A DNA stretch of 64,000 nucleotides. Source: Cenococcum geophilum. Its lineage: Eukaryota. Location of the stretch: the NCBI GenBank assembly GCA_050273025.1, contig CP158636.1:5766001-5830000 (forward strand). The letters run 5' to 3'. The position numbers and the translations under genes are program-made. Shown here one piece after another: positions 63,259 through 64,000 of the stretch; position 1 is the first letter of the stretch, and each line of letters starts with the position of its first letter. The notes beneath the pieces are model-generated. The model was not told where the DNA came from. It did no database searches and saw nothing but the letters and a program-made list of their open reading frames with translations.

Positions 63259-64000
63259 AGCGTTTTCGCCGTAGTAGATAAGAGTGCGAGAGATAAAGGT
63301 TTGTCTAAGCGAAAGGGTACCTCGTGGAGAAACACCAGGATTGTGAAGTTGTAATGGAAGCTAGGCAGACATAGCGGGGTGGGCAGTGCTGGCAGGGTGG
63401 GTAGTGCTGGCGGGGTTTGGCAGTGCAACATAGGTAGTGCAGTGTAGCAACGCAGGTTTGTCCAATCAGGCTAAAAGACGAAAGCTGTGACCTGGCCAAA
63501 CAACCACGTGCTTTAAAAAGCACTTTCGTAAATGTAGGCTATAGTAGAAAACAGCTTAAAAAAGCAGGGATGGAGGACTGCGTCGATACACCTCCACCAA
63601 GCGATCCTTTGAAGTCCGCATCGCCGGGTGAGCTCCTGACAGTGTCGCTATCTAGTTGTGCCGAACTCCATTGCATACATAATCAAAAAAGGGAACTAAC
63701 TACGTAACAAACCACGCGCTTCCAAAGACTACCTAGTCGGTGCTAGCCTGGATGAGAACCACGATGGGAAGGCAGTTAGGGACGGAGTGTTAGCAGCCGG
63801 CTGTGAGTTGCGGCCAAAACTTCCCAAAGTGTATTATGACTGAAGTCCTGTCAGCAACGCGTTATTTCTCACCAATATCCAATTGAATATATCCACGACA
63901 AAATTGCGAGCTATACACTCGGATGTTATTCGGTAACGAGGCGTGGGAGCTAAGGTGATGACAATGTTATAGTCCTCATTGGCTGGTTGGAAGTGAGATT

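Noticed and set aside
62791..64000. Amyloid-signalling NLR/effector pair (HET-s, sigma or PP motifs)
   Set aside because: No N/Q/G-rich pseudo-repeat motif or adjacent effector gene is visible beside either NLR.

Overview
Filamentous ascomycete (Pezizomycotina-type) nuclear DNA: spliceosomal introns with CTAAC branch sites, and TpA-rich repeats typical of RIP (repeat-induced point mutation). The species cannot be named from sequence alone. 1-12.9 kb is a transposon cluster. It holds a RIP-degraded Copia element containing a 1.6-kb non-autonomous LTR element that appears to be self-priming, several MITEs, a TSD-flanked chimera of an unknown promoter/structured-RNA module and a LINE 3' end, and a small gene broken by a MITE. 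13-18 kb: kinesin-8 and a BTB gene. 19-32 kb: a nonsense-inactivated HET-NACHT-ankyrin NLR, cut at its 3' end by an hAT remnant and with a full-length Tad-like LINE in its upstream region. 32-54 kb: mostly core genes (msrA, GFA pseudogene, amidase, MARVEL-like, FMP42-like MFS, NUDIX, IMPDH, IQGAP). 55-64 kb: accessory region with a Myb-like pseudogene, a MITE and a frameshifted SesA-like/NB-ARC/TPR NLR with a highly conserved repeat array. Best leads: the self-priming mini-LTR element, the chimeric LINE insertion, a shared CCCTT^GTA LINE target site, and the contrasting RIP outcomes in the two NLR repeat arrays. All domain calls are by eye; no searches were run.
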